From Stratiformator vulcanicus (lineage in GTDB: Bacteria > Planctomycetota > Planctomycetia > Planctomycetales > Planctomycetaceae), in assembly GCF_007744515.1 (NCBI RefSeq), contig NZ_CP036268.1, positions 3,676,088-3,740,087 on the forward strand: a stretch of DNA of 64,000 nucleotides, given 5' to 3'. A program made the translations under genes and the position numbers. Shown here piece after piece: positions 10,151-19,360 of this stretch. The notes under the pieces are model-generated. The model had not been told where the DNA came from. It saw nothing but the letters and a program-made list of their open reading frames with translations, and ran no database searches. Positions within the stretch are counted from its first letter, which is position 1; each line of letters begins with the position of its first letter.

Positions 10151-10726
10151 ATGCTGCGATCTCTTGTTGCTGCCTGTTTCGTACTGTGCGGTGCCGTTGC
10201 GTCAGCCGAAGATTCGGAACTGTTCGACCGAGAAATGGACCTGCTCAACGGGCAGACCGTTGATCTGTCTCGTTTCGAAGGTCGTGTCGTGATGATCGTG
10301 AATGTGGCGAGCCGGTGCGGCGCGACTCCGCAATATGAGCCGCTGCAGGCACTTTACGAGAAGTACAAAGACCAAGGCTTTGTCGTTGTCGGCTTTCCCT
10401 GCAATCAGTTTGGTCGTCAAGAACCGGGCACGGCGAAGCAAATCCAAGAATTCTGCTCGGCGAACTACGATGTCACCTTCCCGCTGTTCGCCAAGATCGA
10501 CGTCAACGGAGCCGATGCCGCCGACATCTACAAGCACCTCACGTCCGAAGAAGCCTACCCGGCTGACGCCGGCAAGGTGAAATGGAACTTCGAGAAGTTC
10601 CTGATCAGCCGCGATGGCGAAGTCGTCGAACGTTTCCGGACGCGGGTCCAGCCCGATTCGGAAAAAGTCGTCAAAGCGATCGAGCGAGAGTTGGCCAAGA
10701 AAGCGTCCGATTCTTCAGCGGAATGA
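10151..10726 (+). CDS. glutathione peroxidase (Cys-type), with signal peptide
   Basis: VASRCGATPQYEPLQALYEKYKDQGFVVVGFPCNQFGRQEPG...KWNFEKFLISRDGEVVERF is canonical GPx; ATG at 10151 preceded by aggag SD; N-terminal signal MLRSLVAACFVLCGAVASA. Confidence 0.9.
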   Translation: MLRSLVAACFVLCGAVASAEDSELFDREMDLLNGQTVDLSRFEGRVVMIVNVASRCGATPQYEPLQALYEKYKDQGFVVVGFPCNQFGRQEPGTAKQIQEFCSANYDVTFPLFAKIDVNGADAADIYKHLTSEEAYPADAGKVKWNFEKFLISRDGEVVERFRTRVQPDSEKVVKAIERELAKKASDSSAE

Positions 10727-10750
10727 CCGCGGTTTATCCGCAGATTTGCA

Positions 10751-10787
10751 GGCGGGGGAGGGGAGTTCGCCTCCTCCGCCTTTATTC
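10751..10787 (+). terminator. intrinsic terminator after gpx (ggcgggggagg-loop-cctcctccgcc + tttattc)
   Basis: 11-bp GC stem (1 mismatch), 8-nt loop, T-rich tail, beginning 25 nt after the gpx stop. Confidence 0.5.
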
Positions 10788-10827
10788 AATGGCTCTGACG
10801 AGCCGCTCGCGTGACGTATCTGGCAGG

Positions 10828-11322
10828 ATGGCTGCTTTGGGTGAAACACAGAGACCGGACCCGCAAGCGGGCTCCAAGCGCATCATGCAATTGCGGGGCG
10901 AGGTGCCGACCGAAGCCGATCGTGCCAGGGTCGACCTCGCAGGGCTTTGCCGTGCGAGTGCCGATCCGGACGAAACCCGGCGAGAGCAAGCCGTCGCTAC
11001 GATCGAGAATCTGGGCACCCCGCAGCCGGAAGCGGTCCCGGTGTTGACCCCGTTGATCGGGCCGGACGAACCGGCCGATTCGGTCTATTGGGCCGTGACC
11101 CTGCTCGGACGGCTCGGCGATGCCTGCCCCGACGACGCTGCCGAAGCGGTTGCTTCCGCTCTTTCGAAGACCTATTCGATGCACGTGCGGCAGCGAGCAG
11201 CGTGGGCGCTTGGCAAAATCGGTATCCGGAGCGACTCGATCAGGGAGTCTGTCGCGGCGGCCGCAAAGGCCGCAGACTCTCGCTTGGCACGCCTCGCCGA
11301 GCGGGCGATCGATCAAGGTTGA
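10828..11322 (+). CDS. HEAT-repeat protein
   Basis: HEAT-like repeats (AVTLLGRLGDACPDDAAEAVASALSKTYSMHVRQRAAWALGKIG). Start ambiguous (ATG at 10723, 10789 or 10828); 10828 chosen because the gpx terminator spans 10751..10787. Confidence 0.5.
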   Translation: MAALGETQRPDPQAGSKRIMQLRGEVPTEADRARVDLAGLCRASADPDETRREQAVATIENLGTPQPEAVPVLTPLIGPDEPADSVYWAVTLLGRLGDACPDDAAEAVASALSKTYSMHVRQRAAWALGKIGIRSDSIRESVAAAAKAADSRLARLAERAIDQG

Positions 11323-11435
11323 CTCGCACCCAAGGTCGATTCTCAAACTCTTTGGGTGAAAGCATTTCGCACCGCCGTCCCGCTATGGACCGGCCTGCGG
11401 AAATTTCCTAGCTTTCCCGCCCCTTCATAAAAAAT

Positions 11436-11460
11436 CGAACCGTCATCGGATGACGGTTCG
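11436..11460 (-). terminator. hairpin (cgaaccgtca-tcgga-tgacggttcg) with T-run on the minus strand
   Basis: 10-bp stem preceded by a7 on the plus strand; orientation puzzling, as no minus-strand gene lies to its right. Confidence 0.25.
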
Positions 11461-11478
11461 AATCGCCACCTCGCAGGG

Positions 11479-12465
11479 ATGCGACTCATGCGATCGCACT
11501 TCCGTTATCGTTTGACCGCCATCTGCTGCTGCGCCGGGCTGATCTTCGCCCTCGTCGGGTGTGATGCGCAGAACTGGATCGAACAGTTGTCGCAGCAGGC
11601 CGAACAGGCCGCGCCGATTCTGTCGGTCTCAGGCGGCGCGGGAGGTTCGAATCCGGACGTCATCCGCATCGCGACGTTCAATATTCAGGTTTACGGTCAA
11701 TCCAAAGCTGGCAAGCCGGAGGTTATGCGAATCCTGGCCGACACCATCCGGCGGTACGATGTCGTCGCCATCCAGGAAATCCGATCAAAAGACCCGGCCC
11801 CGGTCCATGAATTGGTCCGGCTCGTCAACGCCACCGGCCGCAGTTACGACGTGGCCCTCGGACCGCGACTCGGACGGACCTCCAGTAAGGAACAGTACGC
11901 GTTCGTGTACGACACGAAGACGCTCGAACTGGCACGCAAAACGGTCTACACCTTGACCGACCGCCGCGACTGGTTGCATCGAGAACCTTATGTCGCCCGA
12001 TTTCGAGTTCGACGGGAAGATCCGGCCGAAGGCTTCACCTTCTCGCTGGTTAACATTCACACCGATCCGGATGAAGTCGACCTGGAAGTCGACGCCCTCG
12101 ACGATGTCTTAAATGCGGTCTGGAACGATGGCAGCGGCGAAGATGACGTGATCTTACTCGGCGATTTAAATGCCGCGCCGGACAAATTTGGTGAGTTGGG
12201 CCGCGTTCCCGGCCTCTACTGGGTCATCAGTTCGGAAGCAACAAACACGCGACGAACCAAGCTCTATGACAATGTCTTGTTTGATCGTCAAAGAACGCCT
12301 GAGTTTACCGGCTCCGCGGGAGTGTTCGACTTTCAAAGCGAGTACCGCTTAAGTCGCGACAAAGCTCTCGACGTTTCCGACCACCTGCCGGTCTGGGCTG
12401 AGTTCAGTGCCATCGAAAGCAAGCCGGGCTCGATCGCCACCGCCCCCGGCACTCAGCGACTTTAA
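11479..12465 (+). CDS. endonuclease/exonuclease/phosphatase (EEP, DNase I-like) family lipoprotein, probably an extracellular nuclease
   Basis: Lipobox LIFALVGC; IRIATFNIQVYG...VVAIQEI...DHLPVWAEF motifs of the EEP superfamily. Confidence 0.8.
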   Translation: MRLMRSHFRYRLTAICCCAGLIFALVGCDAQNWIEQLSQQAEQAAPILSVSGGAGGSNPDVIRIATFNIQVYGQSKAGKPEVMRILADTIRRYDVVAIQEIRSKDPAPVHELVRLVNATGRSYDVALGPRLGRTSSKEQYAFVYDTKTLELARKTVYTLTDRRDWLHREPYVARFRVRREDPAEGFTFSLVNIHTDPDEVDLEVDALDDVLNAVWNDGSGEDDVILLGDLNAAPDKFGELGRVPGLYWVISSEATNTRRTKLYDNVLFDRQRTPEFTGSAGVFDFQSEYRLSRDKALDVSDHLPVWAEFSAIESKPGSIATAPGTQRL

Positions 12466-12480
12466 GAGCATCTTAAAATC

Positions 12481-12517
12481 TCGACTCTGGACACTCGACT
12501 CTCGACTCTCGACTCTC
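12481..12517. repeat. tandem heptamer repeat (tcgactc x4 plus one diverged unit) followed by A7
   Basis: tcgactc tggacac tcgactc tcgactc tcgactc tc aaaaaaa, between convergent gene ends. Confidence 0.7.
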
Positions 12518-12613
12518 AAAAAAATTGTCGCGACGAGCTGTCTTAGGTGCTCACCCCCGAAAGCACCGATCGAACAACTCGCCGCGACAAATCTCACGAA
12601 TCAGTTTGACCGC

Positions 12614-14518
12614 TTATTGCTCCGTGTCTTCGTAGAGCAATTGCGGCGGCGGGACATTGGCCGCGATTTTGCCGAAAGCGACTCGTAGCTGATCTTCGAG
12701 CTCTGCGATCGTCGAACCGCCGGGAGCATCGATCCAGAGGCCGCGGCCGGCGAAGGCCAACGCTTTCATTAAGTTTCGGTCGGCACCGGCTCCCAGGCTC
12801 ATTGTGTGGACCGTATATCCCGAATTAACGGCCTCTCGCACCTGCCAGAAGACGTACTGACGGTGACGGTTTCCGGTCGTGTAGTCGGCATTTCCGTCGC
12901 CGTCGAAGTCGGTCATCTTGTCCCAATCCCAGTCGCTGGGCAGGCTGAAGTCGCCGGGGCTCCGGTTCGCGTTACCATCGGTCATTAAGAGAATCGTCGG
13001 CCGCGCGCCGAACCGACCGTGCTCGTCGAGCATTCCGCGGGCTTCTTCCATTCCGTAGCCCATGCCGGTAAAGACATCATAGTGCCCGGCTTGTTTGTGA
13101 CGCTGAATCGTGTCGAGTGTATCGTAGCTGTTCGAGATCGGATCGCACGAAACATCGACGCCTTCATCGGCGAGATAAAGCTCGGTCTCCCAGCGGGCGT
13201 CGCTATCGTAGGTCACCAGTCCGGTGTAATCCCCGAACTCCAGACCTTCCAGAAATTCGTAAAACAGTGAAACGCCGTTCTTCATTGCCGTAAACGGCTG
13301 ATGGGGCGCCTTCCACATGTCCTGCGTTTTATAATTCTGAGTCTTTTGATCCAAAAGATAATTTACGAAATTTGCCTGCCCGTACTTCCAGTCGTACTCG
13401 GCATCTTCGACGGTATCGCTGTACCGGCAGTAGTTGATGAAGTCGCTCCAACTACCGGAGTGGTAGGGGTAGTCGATGTCGTTCAGACCGTACTCTTCGC
13501 GAATGTCATAGTTTGTCGCGCCGAACTCTTCGCCGTAGTAGCCAAACCTGTCGTCGTTGTTCCATGACTGAACCCACACGCCGTCGATCATGTCATTGGA
13601 ATGATCGAAGAACTCGCCCGAGGACACACCGGGCGAATTAAACGAGCGGTAGTTTCCATCCGTATCTCGAAGCCAAATCATGTTGATTTCGTGAGTCGAC
13701 GTAATATCGACGGAATTTCCTTTGAACGTCACTTCGATATGCGGCGTTCCCTGACTGTTATTTTGCGGCACGCCGACTTGAGTGAAATACTCCGGCTCGA
13801 AGGGCAGACTGCCCGTATCGACGCCCAGTGCTTCGATGATCTCCGCCTGATTATCGAGGACGGCTTGACGACCAAGGTGATCAAATCCTCGAAACTGACT
13901 GTCGTAGTTCATCGATCGCGAGTAGTCGAGCACGACGACAATGTCGCGTGCCTCGACGAATGCGGCAGCCGACGCGGAAATTTGCTGCGAGTCTTTCCCG
14001 AAAATCGGGGCAAAGAATAGTTCCATTTCAGAATCGGGCGCGCTGTGATCAGGATTATCCATCCGGGCGGTCACACCGACGACGTTATAAGGCGTGGCGT
14101 CCCACACGACCTGAAATGTTTCCGTCCCCTCGTCGAAAACCCGCTTTCCAAACCGAACGTCGCTGTCGGGATCGACATACACCCCGTTTAATTCCGCGAC
14201 CTTGGACGCCACTTCACGGGCAGCCGCTTCGGCGATCGAATTGACGTCGGCCGCAGCCGAACCGCCTTCGCCACTCTGACCGGCCGCCTCAACGGTCGCC
14301 GTGATCTCTTGCGCCGCCGCCAGCGCGGCCGCATCGACCGCGTTTTGCAATTTCGTTTTCATAAACGAGATCATGGCGATGTCGACACTGAGTGCGACAA
14401 AGCCGAGCGCCGCGACCAAGGTCGCCCCCGCGATGACCGCAAAAACCCCTTTGCGCTCGCGTCGCTGCCGCCAAAGTCGGCGGAATTTCTCCCCGAATGG
14501 CATCCGATAGTTCTTCAT
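12614..14518 (-). CDS. TadG-like pseudopilin with von Willebrand factor A domain
   Basis: N-terminal Tad/TadE-G-like segment (GVFAVIAGATLVAALGFVALSVDIAMISFMKTKLQNAVDAAALAAAQEI); VWA MIDAS motif DIVVVLDYSRSM; 634 aa. Confidence 0.75.
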   Translation of the reverse strand: MKNYRMPFGEKFRRLWRQRRERKGVFAVIAGATLVAALGFVALSVDIAMISFMKTKLQNAVDAAALAAAQEITATVEAAGQSGEGGSAAADVNSIAEAAAREVASKVAELNGVYVDPDSDVRFGKRVFDEGTETFQVVWDATPYNVVGVTARMDNPDHSAPDSEMELFFAPIFGKDSQQISASAAAFVEARDIVVVLDYSRSMNYDSQFRGFDHLGRQAVLDNQAEIIEALGVDTGSLPFEPEYFTQVGVPQNNSQGTPHIEVTFKGNSVDITSTHEINMIWLRDTDGNYRSFNSPGVSSGEFFDHSNDMIDGVWVQSWNNDDRFGYYGEEFGATNYDIREEYGLNDIDYPYHSGSWSDFINYCRYSDTVEDAEYDWKYGQANFVNYLLDQKTQNYKTQDMWKAPHQPFTAMKNGVSLFYEFLEGLEFGDYTGLVTYDSDARWETELYLADEGVDVSCDPISNSYDTLDTIQRHKQAGHYDVFTGMGYGMEEARGMLDEHGRFGARPTILLMTDGNANRSPGDFSLPSDWDWDKMTDFDGDGNADYTTGNRHRQYVFWQVREAVNSGYTVHTMSLGAGADRNLMKALAFAGRGLWIDAPGGSTIAELEDQLRVAFGKIAANVPPPQLLYEDTEQ

Positions 14519-14634
14519 GGCGACTCTCCAGTACTTGTTTCTTGCGAATGGATGCGTGTGGGGGACTCGATTCCAACCCGTCGTTCTTCTTCGTAAATGC
14601 TTCCCAATAGCAGGGAAGAAATCGCCTCACCGGA

Positions 14635-15141
14635 TTAACCGGTCCCCTGGGCTCGTCCCGCCCGGAAGGTCATGCTCGACTGAACGCCGTCACTCCCGAG
14701 GACCCACCCGTTGAGAAAGGACGACCCTTGCGGAATACCGACTTCGATTGTGAAGAGTTCGAGGTAGTTCTCATCGATCCCGAGTTCAAACGGCTGCCCC
14801 TTCTGAGCCCCTTCCGCATGAACAATATTGATCTCCATGTCGTCAGTGGTGATACCGCTGGCGTTCAAGAAATTCTCGATATCGGCTTCGACCTTTTCGT
14901 TCGGCGTGGTGCCGTCCGGGAGAACCCCGGACCAATCCATCGACGCCAGACGGCCGCCTTCGCGAATCGCTTGCGAGAGCTGCGTAGTGGTTTGGACGGC
15001 TCGAATCGCGTCAATCGACCCGAGAACGAGCGTCAAGAACAGCGGCGCGATGAGTGCGAACTCAACGAGCGCCGCCCCACGCCGACGGTCGTCGCAACGT
15101 CGTTTCTTCATTTGGTTTCGTTTTATTGTCAGCGGACTCAT
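14635..15141 (-). CDS. TadE/TadF-like pilus assembly protein
   Basis: GAALVEFALIAPLFLTLVLGSIDAIRA is a TadE-like N-terminal motif; 168 aa. Confidence 0.7.
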   Translation of the reverse strand: MSPLTIKRNQMKKRRCDDRRRGAALVEFALIAPLFLTLVLGSIDAIRAVQTTTQLSQAIREGGRLASMDWSGVLPDGTTPNEKVEADIENFLNASGITTDDMEINIVHAEGAQKGQPFELGIDENYLELFTIEVGIPQGSSFLNGWVLGSDGVQSSMTFRAGRAQGTG

Positions 15142-15220
15142 GATGGTTGTCCTTCTGTGACTCTTCGTTTCTCAAGGGGAACCGCAATGATTCCGAATTC
15201 GTCAGCCCGTCACCGCAATC

Positions 15221-15736
15221 TCACTCGTGTCGCATGACGCTTTGCCCCGAAAGCATGACGGGTGAGCTTCCACCACCTCCTGTTTTCTTAACAAAGAACG
15301 GCGGCAACAAACTGACGGCGTCATACGGAACCTCTGCCCGTACGATAAATAACTGCCGCGGCTCGGCGTCGGAGAGATTAATATCGGAGAGGGCGGAGTA
15401 ATTCACCGCCGTAGGATCGAGGCCGGGGTTATCAAAGACCGATCCGTCTTTGATATAGACGGTCACCTGGCTGGTATCGATCGCGGCGGAAAGAATTTCG
15501 AGCAACCGTTCTTTCACCGCCGTCGTGCTGACATTATCGGAGACGCCTTGCCGGGCAGCCTGCTGACACGCGGCCTTTAGCGTAGAGGAGACCATATAAG
15601 CATGGTTAATCTCCATCAGCCCGGCGAGAAAGACGGTGAAGACCGGCAGTACAACGGCCAGTTCCACAAGCGTGGCACCCCGCCGATCGCGGCGGGACCG
15701 CAATTGACGATTTCGGCGCATCACAGCAACCCCCAT
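15221..15736 (-). CDS. TadE/TadF-like pilus assembly protein
   Basis: GATLVELAVVLPVFTVFLAGLMEINHAYMV is a TadE-like motif; 171 aa. Confidence 0.7.
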   Translation of the reverse strand: MGVAVMRRNRQLRSRRDRRGATLVELAVVLPVFTVFLAGLMEINHAYMVSSTLKAACQQAARQGVSDNVSTTAVKERLLEILSAAIDTSQVTVYIKDGSVFDNPGLDPTAVNYSALSDINLSDAEPRQLFIVRAEVPYDAVSLLPPFFVKKTGGGGSSPVMLSGQSVMRHE

Positions 15737-16047
15737 TGAAAATTCACTCGATTAACGGCGCAGTCGTCAAACCATGACCTTGCCCGTTCCATCAACTCGT
15801 GATTTCGGGCACTACAGGCGGGGGCAACCTGCCGAGGTCCATCTCGTCGCTATCAAACCATAGGACACGCTTTGCACCTGTGGCGGCGGAGATTTATTCA
15901 ATCTTGAGGATTTTTCACCTTTGTCGTGGAGGCGCGACTGGTGACGCGACGCGTGTGTGACGATCCGGCTCAATCGTCAAGACCCTCACTGACCGGTGAC
16001 CAATCGATCGAGAGCGAGGTTTCGCCCACTTACCGCGCACGAAAAAA

Positions 16048-16078
16048 CCGGCCGGGGAAGGTGCCATTCCCCGGCCGG
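16048..16078 (-). terminator. perfect 12-bp GC-rich hairpin (ccggccggggaa-ggtgcca-ttccccggccgg) with T6 on the minus strand
   Basis: Plus-strand a6 immediately 5' of the stem becomes a T-run after the hairpin on the minus strand; sits 310 nt upstream of the tad cluster start. Confidence 0.45.
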
Positions 16079-16443
16079 TCGAGAGAGCTCCAAAGGAGCG
16101 TTGTCGCTATTTGAGATCGCCGCATAAGCGATGGCAAGAGAGAATGCATTTAGCGTGCCGCCGACTCTTGTTTTTAATTCCACGCAACTATCGGCGGCCG
16201 CTTCTTAATAATTGCCAAGCACTTACCTTGATTCTCGATCAGCCGAAGTCGTTAGTCAGCCTACATTAAGACGTCCCGACGTTGCATTGATGCCACACGC
16301 CCGATGCCGGTTCGCGACGCCTGTGGCAAGACGGCATCATTTCGCCATTGAACGCTCCGTGCACCGGAGCTAGACTCACACTCAGGTCGAATGCCGCAAC
16401 ACCGGCCGGATCGCAGCCGCGATCAAACGGCGGCTCCCTATTG

Positions 16444-17547
16444 ATGGCGAATGAGAAGCTGCGGCGGCAGATCGTGTTCGAAGCCGCCCGCATGATGTAT
16501 TCACGGCAGGAGACAGAGTACTACCGAGCCAAGATGAAGGCAGGGCGAAAGCTCTGTCGCGGCTGGGTGAAGCCTTCCGATCTGCCCAGCAACGCCGAAA
16601 TCCGGCAGGAAATCCAACGCTTCGCCCACCTTTATGAAGGGGAGGAGCGAACCGCCGGCCTCCGCGAAATGCGGCTGGTTGCACTACATTATATGCACTT
16701 GTTCGCCGCCTGCCGACCGAAGCTCATCGGCAGCACCCTCACCGGGCACGTCCGCAGAGGCTCGGACGTCGACATCCATCTCTTTACCAATAGCCTTGAA
16801 CGCGTCACCGGCACGCTCGACGAACACGCAGTCGTCTACGACGTCGAACACAAACGCGTCCGCAAGCACGGCGAAGAGCGGGTCTTCACCCACGTGCATG
16901 TGCGGGATCGATTCGATATCGAACTGACCGTCTACCCCACCGACAAAGCAAGCTACCCGTTTAAGAGTTCCATCACGGGGCGGACCATGGACCGGGCAAC
17001 CATTCCCGAACTGGAAGCCCTCCTAGCCGAGGAAGACCCCGACTTCGATCCCGAGTCGGCTCTGGAGCAATTGGAGAGCGACGTCGATCGCTTTCACATC
17101 TATCGCAGCTTGCTGCTGCCCCTCGAAGGCGTGCGCCAAAGCCGCAAGTATCACCCCGAAGGCGACGCCCTCACGCACAGCCTGCAGGTCTACGACCTCG
17201 CCAAAGATGAACTGCCATATGATGAGGAATTCCAACTCGCCGCGCTCTTACACGATGTCGGCAAAGCGATCGACCCGCACGACCATGTGAAAGCCGGATT
17301 GGAGGCGCTCGACGACTCCATCACCGAACGCACCGCCTGGCTGATCGCCCACCACATGGAGGCCCACCAATTAAGAGACGGCACCCTCGGCACCAGAGCC
17401 CGCCGCCGCTTAGCGGAGTCAGAAAACTACGAAGAATTAATGTTACTCAACACCTGCGACAAAGCCGGCCGGCAGCGAAACGTCGCGGTGACCGATGTGG
17501 ATGACGCGCTGGATGAGGTTAGAGAACTGGCGAGGATGTATGGGTGA
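16444..17547 (+). CDS. Pol-beta-type nucleotidyltransferase domain fused to HD phosphohydrolase domain, function unknown
   Basis: NTase motif GSTLTGHVRRGSDVDIHLF (GS...DxD); HD motif HSLQVYDL...LLHDVGKAIDPHDH...IAHHME; start at MANEKL (16444). Confidence 0.6.
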   Translation: MANEKLRRQIVFEAARMMYSRQETEYYRAKMKAGRKLCRGWVKPSDLPSNAEIRQEIQRFAHLYEGEERTAGLREMRLVALHYMHLFAACRPKLIGSTLTGHVRRGSDVDIHLFTNSLERVTGTLDEHAVVYDVEHKRVRKHGEERVFTHVHVRDRFDIELTVYPTDKASYPFKSSITGRTMDRATIPELEALLAEEDPDFDPESALEQLESDVDRFHIYRSLLLPLEGVRQSRKYHPEGDALTHSLQVYDLAKDELPYDEEFQLAALLHDVGKAIDPHDHVKAGLEALDDSITERTAWLIAHHMEAHQLRDGTLGTRARRRLAESENYEELMLLNTCDKAGRQRNVAVTDVDDALDEVRELARMYG

Positions 17548-17557
17548 GGGCCTCCGT

Positions 17558-17815
17558 TCAGTCAGACTGATTAACTCTGGTATCTTTCGCGGACCTGAGC
17601 GCTACTCGACGTAATCTAAGCCCGTAACCCGATCCAAGTATTACGGCAAAAACTAACGCGACGAGCATCGCCTCTTTATTTGTTCGGAATAGCATTTCAA
17701 AAAACAGGATGGTTACTATCGCGACGAACACGCCAACGATCATTGCAATGAAAATCGAGAACACCTGAGTGCCGATGGTCGGGCCGCGAAATTGAGTGCC
17801 GTCGTCGTCGTTCAT
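17558..17815 (-). CDS. small membrane protein (2 TM)
   Basis: Internal ATG at 17815 gives an 85-aa hydrophobic product (IFIAMIVGVFVAIVTILFFEM...LVALVFAVILGSGYGL); the upstream part of the track ORF is Arg/Pro-rich junk. Confidence 0.35.
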   Translation of the reverse strand: MNDDDGTQFRGPTIGTQVFSIFIAMIVGVFVAIVTILFFEMLFRTNKEAMLVALVFAVILGSGYGLRLRRVALRSAKDTRVNQSD

Positions 17816-17930
17816 ATCACCGAGGTTCCGACGGATGGCTGGAGACGGTCCCAAAGAGCCGCCGTGAACGATCGCGGGCAACGGGGGCCGTCTTAAAATA
17901 CGCCAGAGCAATGCTTTACCTTGCAGATAG

Positions 17931-18446
17931 TTAAGCCTCCCCGTACTTGGCCCACAGCTTGGGGAAGCGGCGTTGCAGGTCGTCGCCGTCCTCTTCCCAC
18001 GGGTCGCCTGCAGGATCGGACGAGTAACTTCGCTGCGGGTCCGGCATCTCCGAACCGGTCTTGTTCTCGTAGGCTTCGCAGGCAATGTAGGCGAACTCTT
18101 CAAAGAACGTATCTTCTTCGGCATCAGGGCCGAGATTAATCTCTGCCAACGAGTCCGGGTTCGCGATCGCTTCCTCGTAGACCACGCGCCCCATCGAGAT
18201 CAGCCAGCTGCGAAAGTCGGTAAATCCATCATCCGAACAACCGCCGCCGATGATGTAAGCAGCCCCCCAAAGGTCCCAGCGATACGCCCGGTCGGCGTAC
18301 TCCCCGAAGACCCGCTCGAAATCAACGATTTCTTCAGCAGATAGGTGCGATAGCTGACGCCGTAACTCTTCAGCCTGAGCGTCCATGTCGCCATCAGAAG
18401 CTGACTTCGACTTAGCGATCATGTCCCAGAATAGCTCATTCGTCAT
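17931..18446 (-). CDS. DUF4240 family protein
   Basis: WDLWGAAYIIGGGCSDDGFTDFRSWLISMG matches the conserved DUF4240 core. Confidence 0.6.
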   Translation of the reverse strand: MTNELFWDMIAKSKSASDGDMDAQAEELRRQLSHLSAEEIVDFERVFGEYADRAYRWDLWGAAYIIGGGCSDDGFTDFRSWLISMGRVVYEEAIANPDSLAEINLGPDAEEDTFFEEFAYIACEAYENKTGSEMPDPQRSYSSDPAGDPWEEDGDDLQRRFPKLWAKYGEA

Positions 18447-18678
18447 GCGTTTGCCTTTAAGATCAACACATCATTGAAGCCCTGGCAGGTGGCCGAGGAA
18501 CGGTCTCGAAGAGCCGCCACTAGCGTGCGCGAGGCATCGGTTGCCGTTTATCGTAACGCAATTGCTTATCGGAGCGACCGGTCACGTCCAGGTTCTCAAG
18601 GCACTCTGACTCGAACCACCCTATCCAGAGATGAAAATGGCCCCGGCAATATGCGGCCCTCAAAATCCTACGCGATCG

Positions 18679-18852
18679 TCAACTCTCGTGCATCGCCCGG
18701 TTATTCGGCGTAAGGCACCTCCACTTCCAAAGAGTCTCCAATATTCCATCTCGAAAAACCCACGTTGCCACGCCGGACACCATCACGGCAATCGCAACGT
18801 TTCCCGCCATGGCCCAAGGATTGAACCACAATACGCCGGCAATCCCGCCCAT
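18679..18852 (-). CDS. small hydrophobic ORF (57 aa), in frame with the next ORF across a single TAA
   Basis: MGGIAGVLWFNPWAMAGNVAIAVMVSGVATWVF...; G/C-rich third codon positions; below the ORF-track length cutoff. Confidence 0.3.
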   Translation of the reverse strand: MGGIAGVLWFNPWAMAGNVAIAVMVSGVATWVFRDGILETLWKWRCLTPNNRAMHES

Positions 18853-18855
18853 CTG

Positions 18856-19017
18856 TTAGCAGCGAAATGGGAAGCCTGCGATTTCGATTCCATCTGTTTC
18901 GTATGCCCCACGGGTGAGCACGTAGGGGACGATGTTCGCAACGCCCATCACAATGCCGAACGCCACAAATCGGACGACGCACGCGGTGTCGATCTTGAGT
19001 TGACGTGGCGCCGTCAT
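18856..19017 (-). CDS. small hydrophobic ORF (53 aa)
   Basis: MTAPRQLKIDTACVVRFVAFGIVMGVANIVPYVL...; strong GC3 bias; its TAA stop is immediately followed in frame by CAG ATG of the downstream ORF. Confidence 0.3.
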   Translation of the reverse strand: MTAPRQLKIDTACVVRFVAFGIVMGVANIVPYVLTRGAYETDGIEIAGFPFRC

Positions 19018-19048
19018 CAATATTCCTCAGGGGAAAGCAGATAGCGGA

Positions 19049-19360
19049 TTAGGCTCCAAGTCCGTTCGCAATAGCGTCACCAAAGCTGAAATCATCGGTG
19101 TCAACAAATAATGAATCTTCGACGAGTGACGCTTGGATTGCATCCTCCCAGAAGACTGCTGATCCATCAATCGGGCCGTGTGAAATATCTAGCCGCAAGA
19201 TGCGATTGTGCCCGCGCCAAGTGAGTCGCAGGCATGGCCGACCTCTGAGAGTTGCTATGCACCCCCGGTTGTCAGCCGCATCGCCGGTTATTTCTCTAAG
19301 AGTCCCGCCATGGGCGAGTACCATCGTTCGAAACTTTTCAAACGCGTCATCAACAGTCAT
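19049..19360 (-). CDS. hypothetical protein (lower-GC gene)
   Basis: 103-aa ORF with a plausible globular sequence; local GC drop. Confidence 0.35.
   Translation of the reverse strand: MTVDDAFEKFRTMVLAHGGTLREITGDAADNRGCIATLRGRPCLRLTWRGHNRILRLDISHGPIDGSAVFWEDAIQASLVEDSLFVDTDDFSFGDAIANGLGA

Noticed and set aside
10302-10580. 92-aa ORF and 10202..10537(-) overlapping gpx
   Set aside because: Alternative frames of a confidently identified glutathione peroxidase gene.
10582-10827. Upstream extension of the HEAT-repeat ORF overlapping gpx by 145 nt
   Set aside because: The overlap with a conserved gene and an intrinsic terminator at 10751..10787 make a start at or after 10789 (preferably 10828) more plausible.
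11436-11465. tRNA-like T-loop motif (cggttcgaatcgcc)
   Set aside because: It is part of a simple symmetric hairpin (cgaaccgtca/tgacggttcg); no acceptor or anticodon arms can be built.
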